A DNA stretch of 49,509 nt from Burkholderiales bacterium (lineage in GTDB: Bacteria; Pseudomonadota; Gammaproteobacteria; Burkholderiales; SG8-39), in contig JBATEB010000162.1 of the NCBI GenBank assembly GCA_049663805.1, positions 1 through 49,509 on the forward strand, given 5' to 3'. Shown here piece after piece: positions 15,439 to 24,927 of this stretch. The notes beneath the pieces were generated by a model, which was given only the letters and a program-made list of their open reading frames with translations, ran no database searches and was not told the origin of the DNA. Position 1 is the stretch's first letter. Each line of letters opens with the position of its first letter. A program made the position numbers and the translations under genes.

Positions 15439-16165
15439 CGGCTTCCGCCTGATCGGCCAGCGAGCGCCGCGTGTGGGTGCCCGCGGAAATCGGCTCGAGC
15501 AGATCGAGTTGGACCACGATGCGGGGCGTGGAAACGATGCTCCAGACCGACTCGAGGAGCGAAGTGTCGCCCACATATCCGGCGGCATCGGTATGCCGGC
15601 CGCCGACGTCGAGATAGCGAAGGGCCACCGGCTGCAGCGTCGCCGCGGCATCGAGTGCCGGCTGGAACAGCGCCGCGTGGAAGCGTTCGAGACCCCGTCC
15701 GTACGTGGTGATTCCCTCCGGAAATACGGCGATGAGAACGCCGCGCTCCAGTTCCCGCGTCACCGCCTGGCGGGCATGCCGGGCGGCCGAGCGCTTGCCG
15801 CGTTCGATATACAGCGTGCCGACCAGGCTCGACAGCCAGCCGACCAGCGGCCAGTGGCGGATCTCGGATTTCGCGATGAAGGTCGCCGGGAATCTCGCAT
15901 CGATCACGAAGATATCCAGCCAGGAAATGTGATTGAGGACGAGCATGCAGCGCTCCGGCAGCTTCCTCGAGACGCGCCGCGCGCGGACCGACACCGCCAG
16001 TATGGACAGCAGCCTCTGGGACCAGCGACGCTTGTGCGCCAGTTGCTGTGCTTCCGAGAGCCTCGGATAGCGCAGCCAGGCGATGGCAAGACCCCGCACC
16101 AGATGAAGCGCCAGCCGGACGAGGCGCAGAAGACGCAACGCAACCGGTGCGCGGCTGGCCGCCAT
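15329..16165 (-). CDS. lysophospholipid (1-acyl-sn-glycerol-3-phosphate-type) acyltransferase family protein
   Basis: 278 aa. Motifs are the HX4D motif VLNHISWLDIF, FIAKSEI and VFPEGITT. The 3' end overlaps the apaH 3' end convergently by 110 nt. Confidence 0.85.
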   Translation of the reverse strand: MAASRAPVALRLLRLVRLALHLVRGLAIAWLRYPRLSEAQQLAHKRRWSQRLLSILAVSVRARRVSRKLPERCMLVLNHISWLDIFVIDARFPATFIAKSEIRHWPLVGWLSSLVGTLYIERGKRSAARHARQAVTRELERGVLIAVFPEGITTYGRGLERFHAALFQPALDAAATLQPVALRYLDVGGRHTDAAGYVGDTSLLESVWSIVSTPRIVVQLDLLEPISAGTHTRRSLADQAEAAIAAALGVPAPGATSRQRRPPCTAPDTDACPPGERR

Positions 16166-16239
16166 GAGTCGCTGTGTTTTCCGCCGTTGGATCAGGCGGC
16201 ATTCTACCGGCAGGGCCGGAAAGGTTCTCTCGCGTCGGG

Positions 16240-16274
16240 AAAAGGTGCCCCGTGACGCGCCCGCCCGGGGCGCC
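16240..16274 (-). terminator. rho-independent terminator candidate after the PfkB-family kinase gene
   Basis: The minus-strand RNA reads GGCGCCCCG-(loop 13 nt)-CGGGGCACC, with 8 of 9 positions paired, followed by UUUUCC. It starts 3 nt after the stop codon. Confidence 0.55.
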
Positions 16275-16276
16275 GC

Positions 16277-17209
16277 TCAGAGATCGGAGCCGAAATTCCG
16301 CCGGTAAAGGCGTTCGATTTCCTCGCGGCTCGCCGAGTGGTTCTGGCCGCCCCGCGAAGCGATCTTGATCGAACCCATGAGCGACGCAAGCCTTCCGGTC
16401 TTCTCCCAGCCGAATCCCTCGGCGATCCCGTAGAGGAGGCCGGCGCGATAGGCGTCGCCGCAACCGGTGGGATCGAGGAGCCGGGTCGCCTTGACGCAGG
16501 GTATGTCGATCCGGCGACCGTCGGCGTAGATGACCGACCCTTCGGCGCCGCGCGTGAGGAACAGTGCCTCGAGCTGCGCCGCCATGTCCCCGAGCTTCCT
16601 GCCGGTCCGCTCTTCGAGGAGCTTTCCCTCGTAGTCGTTGACCGCCACGTAGCTTGCCTGTTCGACGAATTTCTCGAGCTCGTCACCGGAGAACATCGGC
16701 AGCCCCTGGCCCGGGTCGAACATGAAGCGAACGCCGAGATCGGCAAGCTCGCGCGCGTGTTGCAGCATGCCTTCCCGCCCGTCGGGGGCGACGATCGCGA
16801 GCCCGGCGTTCAGCGCAGGGACGACGTGGTTCAGGTGCGAGTGATTCATCGCCCCGGGGTGGAACGCCGTGATCTGGTTGTCGTCGAGGTCGGTGGTGAT
16901 GAACGCCTGGGCGGTCAGCGTGCCGGGCACGTGCCGCACGTTGTGACGCTCGATCGCCAGGCGCTCGAGGCGCTCGACGTAAGAGGAGGCGTCCTCTCCC
17001 ACGGTCGCCATTACCAGCGGATCGCCGCCGAGCAGTTTCAGGTTGTAGGCGATATTGCCGGCGCAGCCGCCGAATTCCCGCCGCAGATCCGGAACGAGGA
17101 AAGCCACGTTCAGGATGTGAATCTGATCGGGAAGAATGTGCTCCTTGAAGCGGCCGCGGAAAACCATGATGTTGTCGTACGCGATGGAGCCGCAGATGAG
17201 GGTGCGCAT
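16277..17209 (-). CDS. PfkB-family carbohydrate/nucleoside kinase
   Basis: 310 aa. Motifs are GGCAGNIAYNLKLLGG near the N-terminus and DPTGCGDAYRAGLLYG (the DTxGAGD anion-hole motif) near the C-terminus. Confidence 0.88.
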   Translation of the reverse strand: MRTLICGSIAYDNIMVFRGRFKEHILPDQIHILNVAFLVPDLRREFGGCAGNIAYNLKLLGGDPLVMATVGEDASSYVERLERLAIERHNVRHVPGTLTAQAFITTDLDDNQITAFHPGAMNHSHLNHVVPALNAGLAIVAPDGREGMLQHARELADLGVRFMFDPGQGLPMFSGDELEKFVEQASYVAVNDYEGKLLEERTGRKLGDMAAQLEALFLTRGAEGSVIYADGRRIDIPCVKATRLLDPTGCGDAYRAGLLYGIAEGFGWEKTGRLASLMGSIKIASRGGQNHSASREEIERLYRRNFGSDL

Positions 17210-17221
17210 GGAGGCGGCTCG

Positions 17222-17953
17222 CTAGGAATAGAACAGATACAGCCGATAACCGGTCGGTTTGAGCGCGGGAGCCTCGATATAGAGCCGGACCTGCATCTCG
17301 CTCGCCGCCGCGAATCCCGACTCCACGCGTGTTCCCTTCGCGGCGTACTCGGGCGGCATCAGGATGCGCCGGGCGACCGTCTGGTCCTGGGCGTTGGTGA
17401 GCGTCAGCTCCAGAGCCGGGAACGCCTGGATGAAACCCGCCCGGTTCCTGAGCGTGGCCGTGAGCACTATCACGCTCGGATGCGTTCCATCGGCCTGCAG
17501 ATCCGAAGATTCGATGCTGAGGAGCTCCGCCCGGCGAGGGAGCGGCACCTCGCAGCCCAGTTCGGCGCACAGGCGCCCGACCAGGGGCCTCGCTTCCGGA
17601 AGCAGCACCGCGATGTCGCCGCGGTAACGATAGGCTCCCTGCGCCGCGAGCGCGAGCAGCAGGAGCGCGCTGGCCGGCCACCAGAGGCGGCTCGGTCGCC
17701 CTCGCGCGCCCGGTCCGAAATCGAATTCCGGATCTCTCTCGGCAACGAGCGTGGGCGTCGTGCCGCTGGAGGTAACGGGACCTTGGGCCTCCGGGGACGC
17801 CGAGGGCTCCTCGAACCCGGGCGTCAAGCAGGCAAGCGCGTCGAACTGGGCACCACAACGCCCGCAGCGGACCTGGCCCGCGCGCGCCCGCAACTGCGAT
17901 TCGGCCACTCGAAATGCCGTGGCGCAGGCCGGGCAGCGCGTGATCCCGCTCAC
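17222..17953 (-). CDS. MJ0042-type zinc-ribbon plus DUF3426-like membrane protein
   Basis: 244 aa from a GTG that overlaps the prmA stop (GTGA at 17950-17953). It has a CPAC...CGRC zinc ribbon (ITRCPACATAFRVAESQLRARAGQVRCGRCGAQFDA) and one TM helix (LWWPASALLLLALAAQGAY). The C-terminal beta-rich domain ends in RLYLFYS. The track ORF to 18541 is an extension through prmA. Confidence 0.8.
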   Translation of the reverse strand: MSGITRCPACATAFRVAESQLRARAGQVRCGRCGAQFDALACLTPGFEEPSASPEAQGPVTSSGTTPTLVAERDPEFDFGPGARGRPSRLWWPASALLLLALAAQGAYRYRGDIAVLLPEARPLVGRLCAELGCEVPLPRRAELLSIESSDLQADGTHPSVIVLTATLRNRAGFIQAFPALELTLTNAQDQTVARRILMPPEYAAKGTRVESGFAAASEMQVRLYIEAPALKPTGYRLYLFYS

Positions 17954-18831
17954 CGGCGTGTCCCCGATAAACACACCCAGCCGCCCTCTTCGGCTGCCGG
18001 TTCGAACGCCATCCAGGGCGAGTAGTGCCGCATGATTTCGTCCGCCTGAGCCGGGAGAATCCCCGAAAGGGCCAGTCGCCCGCCGCGAGCGCACAACGAC
18101 GCCAACGCCGGCGCAAGCAGTTTCAATGGATTGGCGAGTATGTTCGCGACTACGACATTCGCCGCGAGGGTGAGCGGCTTGCGGCTGTCGAGGAATTCGC
18201 AATCGACCCCGTTGCGCCGGGCGTTGTCGCGCGCAACCGAGAGGGCTTGCGCATCGATATCGACGCCGGCCGCGCGGCGTGCGCCGAGCTTCAACGCGGC
18301 GATGGCCAATATGCCGGAGCCGCAGCCGTAATCGAGAACCGTCTCGCCTCCGGAAATGACGCGGTCCAGCCATTGCAGGCAAAGGCGCGTGGTCGGATGG
18401 CTGCCCGTTCCGAACGCCAGCCCCGGGTCGATGAGGAGGTTGATCGCCCCGGGGTCCGGCGCCGCATGCCAGGTCGGCACGATCCACAGCCGCGCCGAGA
18501 CCCGGATCGGCACGAACTGCTCCCTGCACCTGGCGACCCAATCCTCCTCGGCAACCTGATGCAGGCGGTGGCGCGGCACCGGCAGGCGGGCGGCGCCGCA
18601 GGCGTGCCGCAGAAGTTGCGCCGGGTCATCCTGGGCCCGGCATAATGCCGTGAGCCGGACCCTGGGCCATGCGGCGGATTCCAGCGGCTCGTCAAAGCAC
18701 GCGGTCTCCGATGCCGTGCCGGCGAGGGCGTCCTCGCAGGTCACCGACAGGGCGCCGGCCGCGAGCAGGGTGTCGGACAGGCGGTCGGCCTTTTCCGCCT
18801 CGAGGTCCAGAACCAGCGCAGAGAACGTCAC
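17950..18831 (-). CDS. prmA: ribosomal protein L11 methyltransferase
   Basis: 294 aa from GTG 18831, 10 nt after the accC stop. Motifs are IDPGLAFGTGSHPTTRLCLQWL and VLDYGCGSGILAIAALKLGA. Confidence 0.92.
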   Translation of the reverse strand: MTFSALVLDLEAEKADRLSDTLLAAGALSVTCEDALAGTASETACFDEPLESAAWPRVRLTALCRAQDDPAQLLRHACGAARLPVPRHRLHQVAEEDWVARCREQFVPIRVSARLWIVPTWHAAPDPGAINLLIDPGLAFGTGSHPTTRLCLQWLDRVISGGETVLDYGCGSGILAIAALKLGARRAAGVDIDAQALSVARDNARRNGVDCEFLDSRKPLTLAANVVVANILANPLKLLAPALASLCARGGRLALSGILPAQADEIMRHYSPWMAFEPAAEEGGWVCLSGTRR

Positions 18832-18841
18832 CGTCCGCTTC

Positions 18842-20206
18842 CTATTTGACCGGTTCGCGTTTCTTGTACTGGGCGAGCTTCTGTTCCAGGTAGTGGATAT
18901 TGACCCCTCCCCGGATGACGCGGTTGTCGACCAGCAGATCCCGATGAAGGGGAATGCTGGTCTGAATCCCCTCGATCGCCATCTCCGACAGGGCAATTCG
19001 CATTCGGCGGATCGCCTGATCGCGGTTGGCCCCGTAGGCGATCAGTTTGCCGATCAGCGAGTCGTAGTTGGGGGGAACCGTATATCCCTGGTAGACGTGC
19101 GAATCGACGCGGATACCCGGGCCGCCGGGCGGGTGGTAGGAGGTAATGCGCCCCGGGGAAGGCGTGAAGCGAAACGGGTCTTCGGCGTTGATTCGGCACT
19201 CGATCGCGTGGCCGCGGATCTCGACGTCTTTCTGCCTTACGGAAAGTCGTTCTCCCGCGGCGACTCGAATCTGCTCCTGGACGATGTCGATCCCGGTGAC
19301 CATCTCGGTCACCGGGTGCTCCACCTGAATTCGCGTGTTCATTTCAATGAAGTAGAACTCGCCTTCTTCGTAGAGGAACTCGAAAGTGCCCGCGTTCTGG
19401 TAGCGGATCTTTCTGCAGGCTTCGACGCAGCGCTCGCCGATCCGCGCGCGCTGCTTCGGGGTGAGATCGCACGCCGGAGACTCCTCCAGGATCTTCTGGT
19501 GGCGCCGCTGCATCGAGCAGTCCCGCTCGCCGAGATGGATGACATTCTTGTGCCGATCGGCGAGCACCTGCACCTCTATGTGCCGGGGATTTTCGAGATA
19601 CCTTTCCAGATACACCGTCGGGTTGCCGAACGCCGCCTGCGCTTCGGCCCGGGTGACGCTGATGGCGCTCTTGAGCGCGGCCTCGGTATGTACCACCCGC
19701 ATGCCCCGGCCGCCGCCGCCACCGGAGGCCTTGACGATGACCGGATAGCCTATCTTCTTGGCGATCTTGAGCGCCTCCTCGGGCGCATCGGACAACGACC
19801 CGTCGGAGCCCGGGACGCACGGCACGCCGGCCTTTTCCATCGCCTGCTTCGCGTTGACCTTGTCGCCCATGAGCCGGATGGTATCGGCGTCCGGGCCGAT
19901 GAAAGTGAACCCGCTCTTGTCCACCCGCTCGGCGAAGTCGGGGTTTTCCGACAGAAATCCGTATCCCGGATGGATCGCTTCGGCGTCGGTGACCTCCGCG
20001 GCGCTGATGATGGCCGGGATGTTGAGATAGCTCGCGCTGGACGCGGCGGGTCCGATGCACACCGATTCGTCGGCGAGCTTGACGTACTTCGCCTCGCTGT
20101 CCGCCTCGGAGTGGACGACGACGGTCTTGATCCCCAGATCGCGGCAGGCGCGCTGGATTCGCAGGGCGATCTCCCCCCGGTTGGCGATCAGGATTTTCTC
20201 GAACAT
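18842..20206 (-). CDS. accC: acetyl-CoA carboxylase, biotin carboxylase subunit
   Basis: 454 aa. [17 protein letters not shown] ..., the ATP-grasp motifs and [14 protein letters not shown] give near full-length identity of pattern to AccC. Confidence 0.97.
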   Translation of the reverse strand: MFEKILIANRGEIALRIQRACRDLGIKTVVVHSEADSEAKYVKLADESVCIGPAASSASYLNIPAIISAAEVTDAEAIHPGYGFLSENPDFAERVDKSGFTFIGPDADTIRLMGDKVNAKQAMEKAGVPCVPGSDGSLSDAPEEALKIAKKIGYPVIVKASGGGGGRGMRVVHTEAALKSAISVTRAEAQAAFGNPTVYLERYLENPRHIEVQVLADRHKNVIHLGERDCSMQRRHQKILEESPACDLTPKQRARIGERCVEACRKIRYQNAGTFEFLYEEGEFYFIEMNTRIQVEHPVTEMVTGIDIVQEQIRVAAGERLSVRQKDVEIRGHAIECRINAEDPFRFTPSPGRITSYHPPGGPGIRVDSHVYQGYTVPPNYDSLIGKLIAYGANRDQAIRRMRIALSEMAIEGIQTSIPLHRDLLVDNRVIRGGVNIHYLEQKLAQYKKREPVK

Positions 20207-20260
20207 GATCCGGCGAAGATGTTCTCCGGTGATTCCGGGTTCTGAAAAGGGTGCCGCGTC

Positions 20261-20725
20261 CTAGGCGATCATCATCAAAGGCTCGCCATATTCGACCGGC
20301 TGGCCGTTTTCCACCATGATCGCCTTGACGATGCCGTCCTTGTCCGCTTCGATCTCGTTCATCAATTTCATCGCCTCTATGACGCATATCGCCTGGCCGG
20401 CCTTGACGCTGTCGCCGACCTCGACGAAGGATTTCGCGCCGGGCGCGGGGGCCCGGTAGAAGGTGCCCACCATCGGCGACTTGACCAGATGGCCTTCGAG
20501 TCCGGCCGGAGCCTCGGGCTGGGGGGCGGCGACGGGGGCGATCGGTTGGGCGACGGCAACGGCGGCCGCCGCGGGCGGCGAGGATGCCGGAACCACGACG
20601 GCGGATTTCGCGCCCGCTCCGCTCTTTACGATCTTGACCTTCTCCTCACCTTCGGTGATCTCGAGCTCGGCAATACCGGATTCCTCGACGAGGTCGATCA
20701 GTTTTTTTAGTTTTCGCAGATCCAT
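20261..20725 (-). CDS. accB: acetyl-CoA carboxylase, biotin carboxyl carrier protein
   Basis: 154 aa with an Ala/Pro-rich linker and the biotinylation motif [15 protein letters not shown]. Confidence 0.96.
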   Translation of the reverse strand: MDLRKLKKLIDLVEESGIAELEITEGEEKVKIVKSGAGAKSAVVVPASSPPAAAAVAVAQPIAPVAAPQPEAPAGLEGHLVKSPMVGTFYRAPAPGAKSFVEVGDSVKAGQAICVIEAMKLMNEIEADKDGIVKAIMVENGQPVEYGEPLMMIA

Positions 20726-20834
20726 GCTGGCCTCCTACCGGACACGCAACGACGACGATCCCACCGCCGCCTCGAAGCCAACCGTGGCGGGCGCAGCCCC
20801 TCGTCCCGGCAAGACCGTCGGGTCGGCCATCGAG

Positions 20835-21311
20835 CTAGGAGGACTGCAGGGCGAACTCCAGCGCAAGGTCGTACCCTTGGCCGCCCAGACCGCAAATCGT
20901 GCCGACCGCAAGATCGGAAAAGTACGAATGACGCCGAAACGGCTCCCTGGAATAGATGTTCGACAGGTGGACCTCGATGAAGGGGACCCTGACGGCTGCG
21001 AAGGCATCGCGAAGCGCAACGCTGGTATGAGTCAACCCCCCGGGATTGACGATGATCCAGGAAATTCCCCGCTTCTTCGCCTCCTGTACGCGCTCGATGA
21101 GAGCGCCCTCATGATTGCTTTGAAAGACTTCGAGCGCCGCCCCGCTGCGCCCGGCCGCCCGCGCCAGTCGTGCATTGATGGTCGATAGAGTTTCGCGTCC
21201 GTAGGTTCCCGGCTCGCGAGTTCCGAGCAGGTTCAGGTTGGGCCCGTGAAGCACCAGTATCGCTTTGGGCGCTCCCTTCCTGGCTCCGGCGGGACGCTTC
21301 ATCCTGGACAT
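20835..21311 (-). CDS. aroQ: type II 3-dehydroquinate dehydratase
   Basis: [21 protein letters not shown] ... [11 protein letters not shown] ... [18 protein letters not shown] ... EVHLSNI. The start could be ATG 21302. Confidence 0.94.
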   Translation of the reverse strand: MSRMKRPAGARKGAPKAILVLHGPNLNLLGTREPGTYGRETLSTINARLARAAGRSGAALEVFQSNHEGALIERVQEAKKRGISWIIVNPGGLTHTSVALRDAFAAVRVPFIEVHLSNIYSREPFRRHSYFSDLAVGTICGLGGQGYDLALEFALQSS

Positions 21312-21417
21312 GCCCGCAAGTTTGGCGCAGATAACGACAAATTGTCCAGGATTCCGCGCATTTCAGGGCACAGAGGGGACCCTCAGGTGCGGCGAGGGGC
21401 TGCCTTCGGCCGGGTTG

Positions 21418-22050
21418 CTACGGCGCGGCCGTCTGCGGATTGGAGGCGCCGGAGACGAGCTGGCTGACTGCCTGGAGCCCGGCGCGCTCGATCGGCCGGC
21501 CGAGGAGGGTGGTTCTGAGCGTGCCGCGCTCTTCCTTCAGGGTGTAGACGGCGAGGTTCACCGCAACGCCCCGCCAGTCCAGTTTCAGCACGGTTACCGC
21601 GCGCGCCTGGTCCCCGGCATAGCGGCGCTCATCGGTAATGTCGTAGGGGATGCCGCGATTCAGGAGAAAGAGTTCGACCGCCTTACCGTCGTCGGTGAAC
21701 AACTGCAGATCGACATCGCTGTAGCGTCCCGCGGTGCCCTTGAGGACCGGACCCGCAAGATAAGGCCGAAATTGCTCGAGCAGGCGCATCGCCTCGAGCG
21801 CCCGTTCGCGAAGAAACCGGATGCGCTCGCGCTGCTCCTCACCCTGGTACAGCGCCTGGTAGGCGCGCAACTCCGCTTCGATCTCTTCGTTCCCGGGCAG
21901 GGACCGGGTATCCTCCGCGCCCAACTGGCGCGCGGCCTTGCGCTTCGCAAGCGCGAAATCCTCGAGGCCGTCCTCGGCCATGATGCGGGCCGCGGCGGCA
22001 GCGATGCGCGTGCGCATCTGCTGCTGCTTGGGCTTGTTTTCCTTCGGCAT
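21418..22050 (-). CDS. conserved hypothetical protein with a minimal Pol-beta-type nucleotidyltransferase motif
   Basis: 211 aa from ATG 22050. LKGTAGRYSDVDLQLF fits the G[ST]-x(n)-[DE]-x-[DE] NTase signature. It is divergent from mpl. The 454-aa track ORF is an upstream extension antisense to mpl. Confidence 0.6.
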   Translation of the reverse strand: MPKENKPKQQQMRTRIAAAAARIMAEDGLEDFALAKRKAARQLGAEDTRSLPGNEEIEAELRAYQALYQGEEQRERIRFLRERALEAMRLLEQFRPYLAGPVLKGTAGRYSDVDLQLFTDDGKAVELFLLNRGIPYDITDERRYAGDQARAVTVLKLDWRGVAVNLAVYTLKEERGTLRTTLLGRPIERAGLQAVSQLVSGASNPQTAAP

Positions 22051-22164
22051 GGAGAAGAAACAGGCAGGACTCGGGCGATCATACCACCCGGAAACCGGGG
22101 CGAAGTGAGCTAGAATCTCGCCCTTTCGCACTCTTTCGGGTGCGCCTCCCGGGTCGGCGTCGTC

Positions 22165-23532
22165 GTGCACATTCACGTTCTCGGCATCTGCGGCACGTTC
22201 ATGGGAGGGGTCGCCGCGATCGCGCGGGAAGCGGGCCATCGCGTGACCGGATGCGACGCCGGCGTCTACCCGCCGATGAGTACCCAGCTGCGCGCCCACG
22301 GCATCGATCTCATCGAGGGCTACGGCGCCGACCAGCTCGACCTCAACCCGGACCTGTGGGTGATCGGCAACGTCGTCAGCCGGGGAAATCCCTTGATGGA
22401 GGCGATTCTGGACCGTGGCGACCGCTACCTGTCCGGCCCCCAGTGGCTGGCCGAAACCGTCCTGGCGACGCGCTCGGTCGTGGCCGTTGCCGGAACGCAT
22501 GGAAAGACGACGACCTCGTCCATGCTGGCATGGATACTCGAGGAAGCGGGGCTCGCGCCGGGCTTCCTGATCGGCGGTGTCCCCAGGAACTTCGGCGTAT
22601 CGGCGCGGTTGGGGACGCAAAAGCACTTTGTCATCGAAGCCGACGAATACGATACCGCCTTTTTCGACAAGCGCTCCAAGATGGTGCTCTACCGCCCTCG
22701 GGTGGCGGTTATCAACAATATCGACTTCGATCATGCCGACATCTTCGCCGATCTGGCTTCGATCGAGACTCAATTCCATCATTTCGTGCGAACCATACCC
22801 GGCAGCGGCCTCCTCGTGGTAAATGGTGCCGATGACGTCGTCAAACGCGTCCTGGCAAGGGGCTGCTGGACACCGGTCGAGCGATTCTCGGCGCAGGACG
22901 GCTGGAGCGCCCTAGACATCCGCAGCGACGGATTCGAGGTGCGGTTCGCAGACCTGAGCTTCGGCCGCGTCCGCTGGGATCTGCTCGGAGATCACAACCG
23001 CCACAACGCGCTCGCGGCGATCGCCGCGGCTCGCGCAACCGGCGTGGATCCCGAGCGCGCGGTGCGGGCGCTTTCCCGGTTCGAGGGCGTTCGCAGGCGC
23101 ATGGAGTTGCGGGGCGTGCCCGGCCAGGTGTCGGTCTGGGACGACTTCGCTCACCACCCCACGGCGATCGCCGCGACGCTTTCCGGGCTGCGGGACCGGA
23201 TAGGAAGCGCGCGAATCCTCGCGGTACTCGAACCGCGTTCCAATACGATGAAAGCGGGCGTCATGAACAGGCAGCTCCCGGCGAGTCTGGAGCGTGCCGA
23301 TCGGGTTTTCTGTTTCAGCGCCAACTTGAGCTGGAACGCGGCGGAGATGCTCGCGCCGCTCGGGTCCCGGGCGAGCTGCGAAACCGATCTCGACCGGCTG
23401 GTCGAGGCGATTGCGGCCGAAGCGCGGCCGGGCGACCACGTTGTCGTCATGTCGAATGGAAGCTTCGGCGGGCTGCACGAGCGGCTGCTGGCGGTTCTCG
23501 CCAAACGGAGAGGAACGACGGACCGGAAATGA
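22165..23532 (+). CDS. mpl: UDP-N-acetylmuramate:L-alanyl-gamma-D-glutamyl-meso-diaminopimelate ligase
   Basis: 455 aa with a GTG start. HIHVLGICGTFMGGVAAIAREAGHRVTGCDAGVYPPMSTQL and VAGTHGKTTTSSMLAWIL (P-loop) follow the Mur-ligase domain order typical of Mpl. Confidence 0.94.
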   Translation: MHIHVLGICGTFMGGVAAIAREAGHRVTGCDAGVYPPMSTQLRAHGIDLIEGYGADQLDLNPDLWVIGNVVSRGNPLMEAILDRGDRYLSGPQWLAETVLATRSVVAVAGTHGKTTTSSMLAWILEEAGLAPGFLIGGVPRNFGVSARLGTQKHFVIEADEYDTAFFDKRSKMVLYRPRVAVINNIDFDHADIFADLASIETQFHHFVRTIPGSGLLVVNGADDVVKRVLARGCWTPVERFSAQDGWSALDIRSDGFEVRFADLSFGRVRWDLLGDHNRHNALAAIAAARATGVDPERAVRALSRFEGVRRRMELRGVPGQVSVWDDFAHHPTAIAATLSGLRDRIGSARILAVLEPRSNTMKAGVMNRQLPASLERADRVFCFSANLSWNAAEMLAPLGSRASCETDLDRLVEAIAAEARPGDHVVVMSNGSFGGLHERLLAVLAKRRGTTDRK

Positions 23533-23682
23533 TCATTTACCTGCTCGGATTCAACAGCTCACCGCAGTCGACCAAGGCGTAGTGCCTCAGGAGCTACCTG
23601 GGTGGTCCAGGGCGGTGACCACACGCTGGCGAGTTTCCCCGAGCAGCTTGCGTCGATAATGGAGTTCGCCGGGATGCGCTGA
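23529..23682 (+). pseudogene. remnant of a YqiA/YcfP-type (UPF0227) alpha/beta-hydrolase gene
   Basis: The ATG overlaps the mpl stop (ATGA). MIIYLLGFNSSPQSTKA-stop resembles the family N-terminus M-I-x-Y-L-H-G-F-x-S-S-P-x-S. Only about 150 nt remain before the convergent enolase-superfamily gene, whereas an intact gene needs about 570 nt. Confidence 0.5.
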
Positions 23683-24822
23683 TCACTTCAGGACGTTCCA
23701 CGCGGACTTGCCGGTCCCGAGCGTGTAGCGCGCGAGCGCTTTCTCGTCGAACCCGAAACCGAGTCCCGTCCTCGCAGGCAGTACCAGTTCTCCCTTCCTC
23801 GCCACGAGCTGGGTATCGATCAGCCGCCTGAAATTCAGCACCTGATCGTCGGGGAAGAACTCGACGTAGCGCGCGTTGGCCGTCGCCGCCACCAGATGAA
23901 CGTGAAGGTCGTGAAACCAGTGCGGGCACAGCGTGACGCCATAGCTCGCCGCGGTCGCCGCGATCTTCCTCCATTCGCTGATTCCGCCGCACACCAGCGC
24001 ATCGGTTTGAAGAATCTGCGCCGCGCCCTTGTCGAGAATCTCCTTGAAATGCCACCGTCCCGTGCCGATCTCGCCCGTCGCGACCGTGATTCGCGTGAGT
24101 TTCGCAAGGCGCGCGTGGTTTTCGATGTCGTCGGGAAAGAACGGTTCCTCGATCCAGTAGGGATCGTAGCGCTCGAAACGCTCCAGGTAGCGCATCGCCG
24201 TCGGCAAATCGAGCCACGCATTATTCGCATCCAGCATGAGTTCGATGTCCGGCCCGATCGCCGCCCGGGCGGCCTTGACCCGCGCTTCCTCTTCCCGCGG
24301 AGAAAGCCGCCCCACCTTCATCTTCACCGCGCGAAATCCGTCTTTCACGTATCCCGCCATCTCCTCGCCGAGCTCCTTCGGTGTCTTGCCCGGAAGGTAA
24401 TAGCCTCCGCTCGCATAGGCCGGGACCGTGCCCTCGGTCGCCGCGCCCAGATACCGGTAGAGCGGCAATTTCGCGAGCCGCGCATTCAGATCCCAAAGCG
24501 CGCAGTCGAGGATGGAAATCGCCCGCATGACGCTCCCGGCGCGGCCGTGCAGGAGCGTCTCCTGAAACATGCGCTGCCACAGGCCTTCGACGAGCAGGCT
24601 GTCCTGCCCGAGCAGAATCGGCGCGAGCAGCTGCTCGACGGCCTGGGCGACCAGTGTCCCGCCGGAGGATCCGGCGTAGCAGAACCCGATGCCTTCGAGG
24701 CCGCCTCCCCGAATCTTGACCAGGCCGTAGTCTCTGGCCGAGACGGTGCGCGTGGCGAAGCTGGTGACGTTTTGCAGAGGCACCCGCGCCGTCGCGACGG
24801 CAATCGATTCGATCTTGGCCAT
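23683..24822 (-). CDS. enolase-superfamily enzyme, mandelate racemase/muconate lactonizing subgroup (sugar-acid dehydratase-like)
   Basis: 380 aa from ATG 24822. Motifs are FRAVKMKVG (KxK), LMLDANNAW, YWIEEPF and TGEI. The track ORF to 24918 adds 32 Arg/Pro-rich residues. Confidence 0.88.
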   Translation of the reverse strand: MAKIESIAVATARVPLQNVTSFATRTVSARDYGLVKIRGGGLEGIGFCYAGSSGGTLVAQAVEQLLAPILLGQDSLLVEGLWQRMFQETLLHGRAGSVMRAISILDCALWDLNARLAKLPLYRYLGAATEGTVPAYASGGYYLPGKTPKELGEEMAGYVKDGFRAVKMKVGRLSPREEEARVKAARAAIGPDIELMLDANNAWLDLPTAMRYLERFERYDPYWIEEPFFPDDIENHARLAKLTRITVATGEIGTGRWHFKEILDKGAAQILQTDALVCGGISEWRKIAATAASYGVTLCPHWFHDLHVHLVAATANARYVEFFPDDQVLNFRRLIDTQLVARKGELVLPARTGLGFGFDEKALARYTLGTGKSAWNVLK

Positions 24823-24864
24823 GGAGGGTGGGCGCCTTGCGACAGGGCGTCGAAGTCCGTGAGC

Positions 24865-24870
24865 TATAAT
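24865..24870 (+). promoter_or_regulatory. possible -10 element (TATAAT) upstream of the RNB ribonuclease gene
   Basis: A perfect TATAAT lies 58 nt before GTG 24928 in a 105-nt divergent intergenic region. There is no good -35 at 17-nt spacing. Confidence 0.3.
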
Positions 24871-24927
24871 TATGGCATCCATCGGGCCGGCGCGACGCGG
24901 TCCTCTCTCGGTTTGCATCCCGCACCA

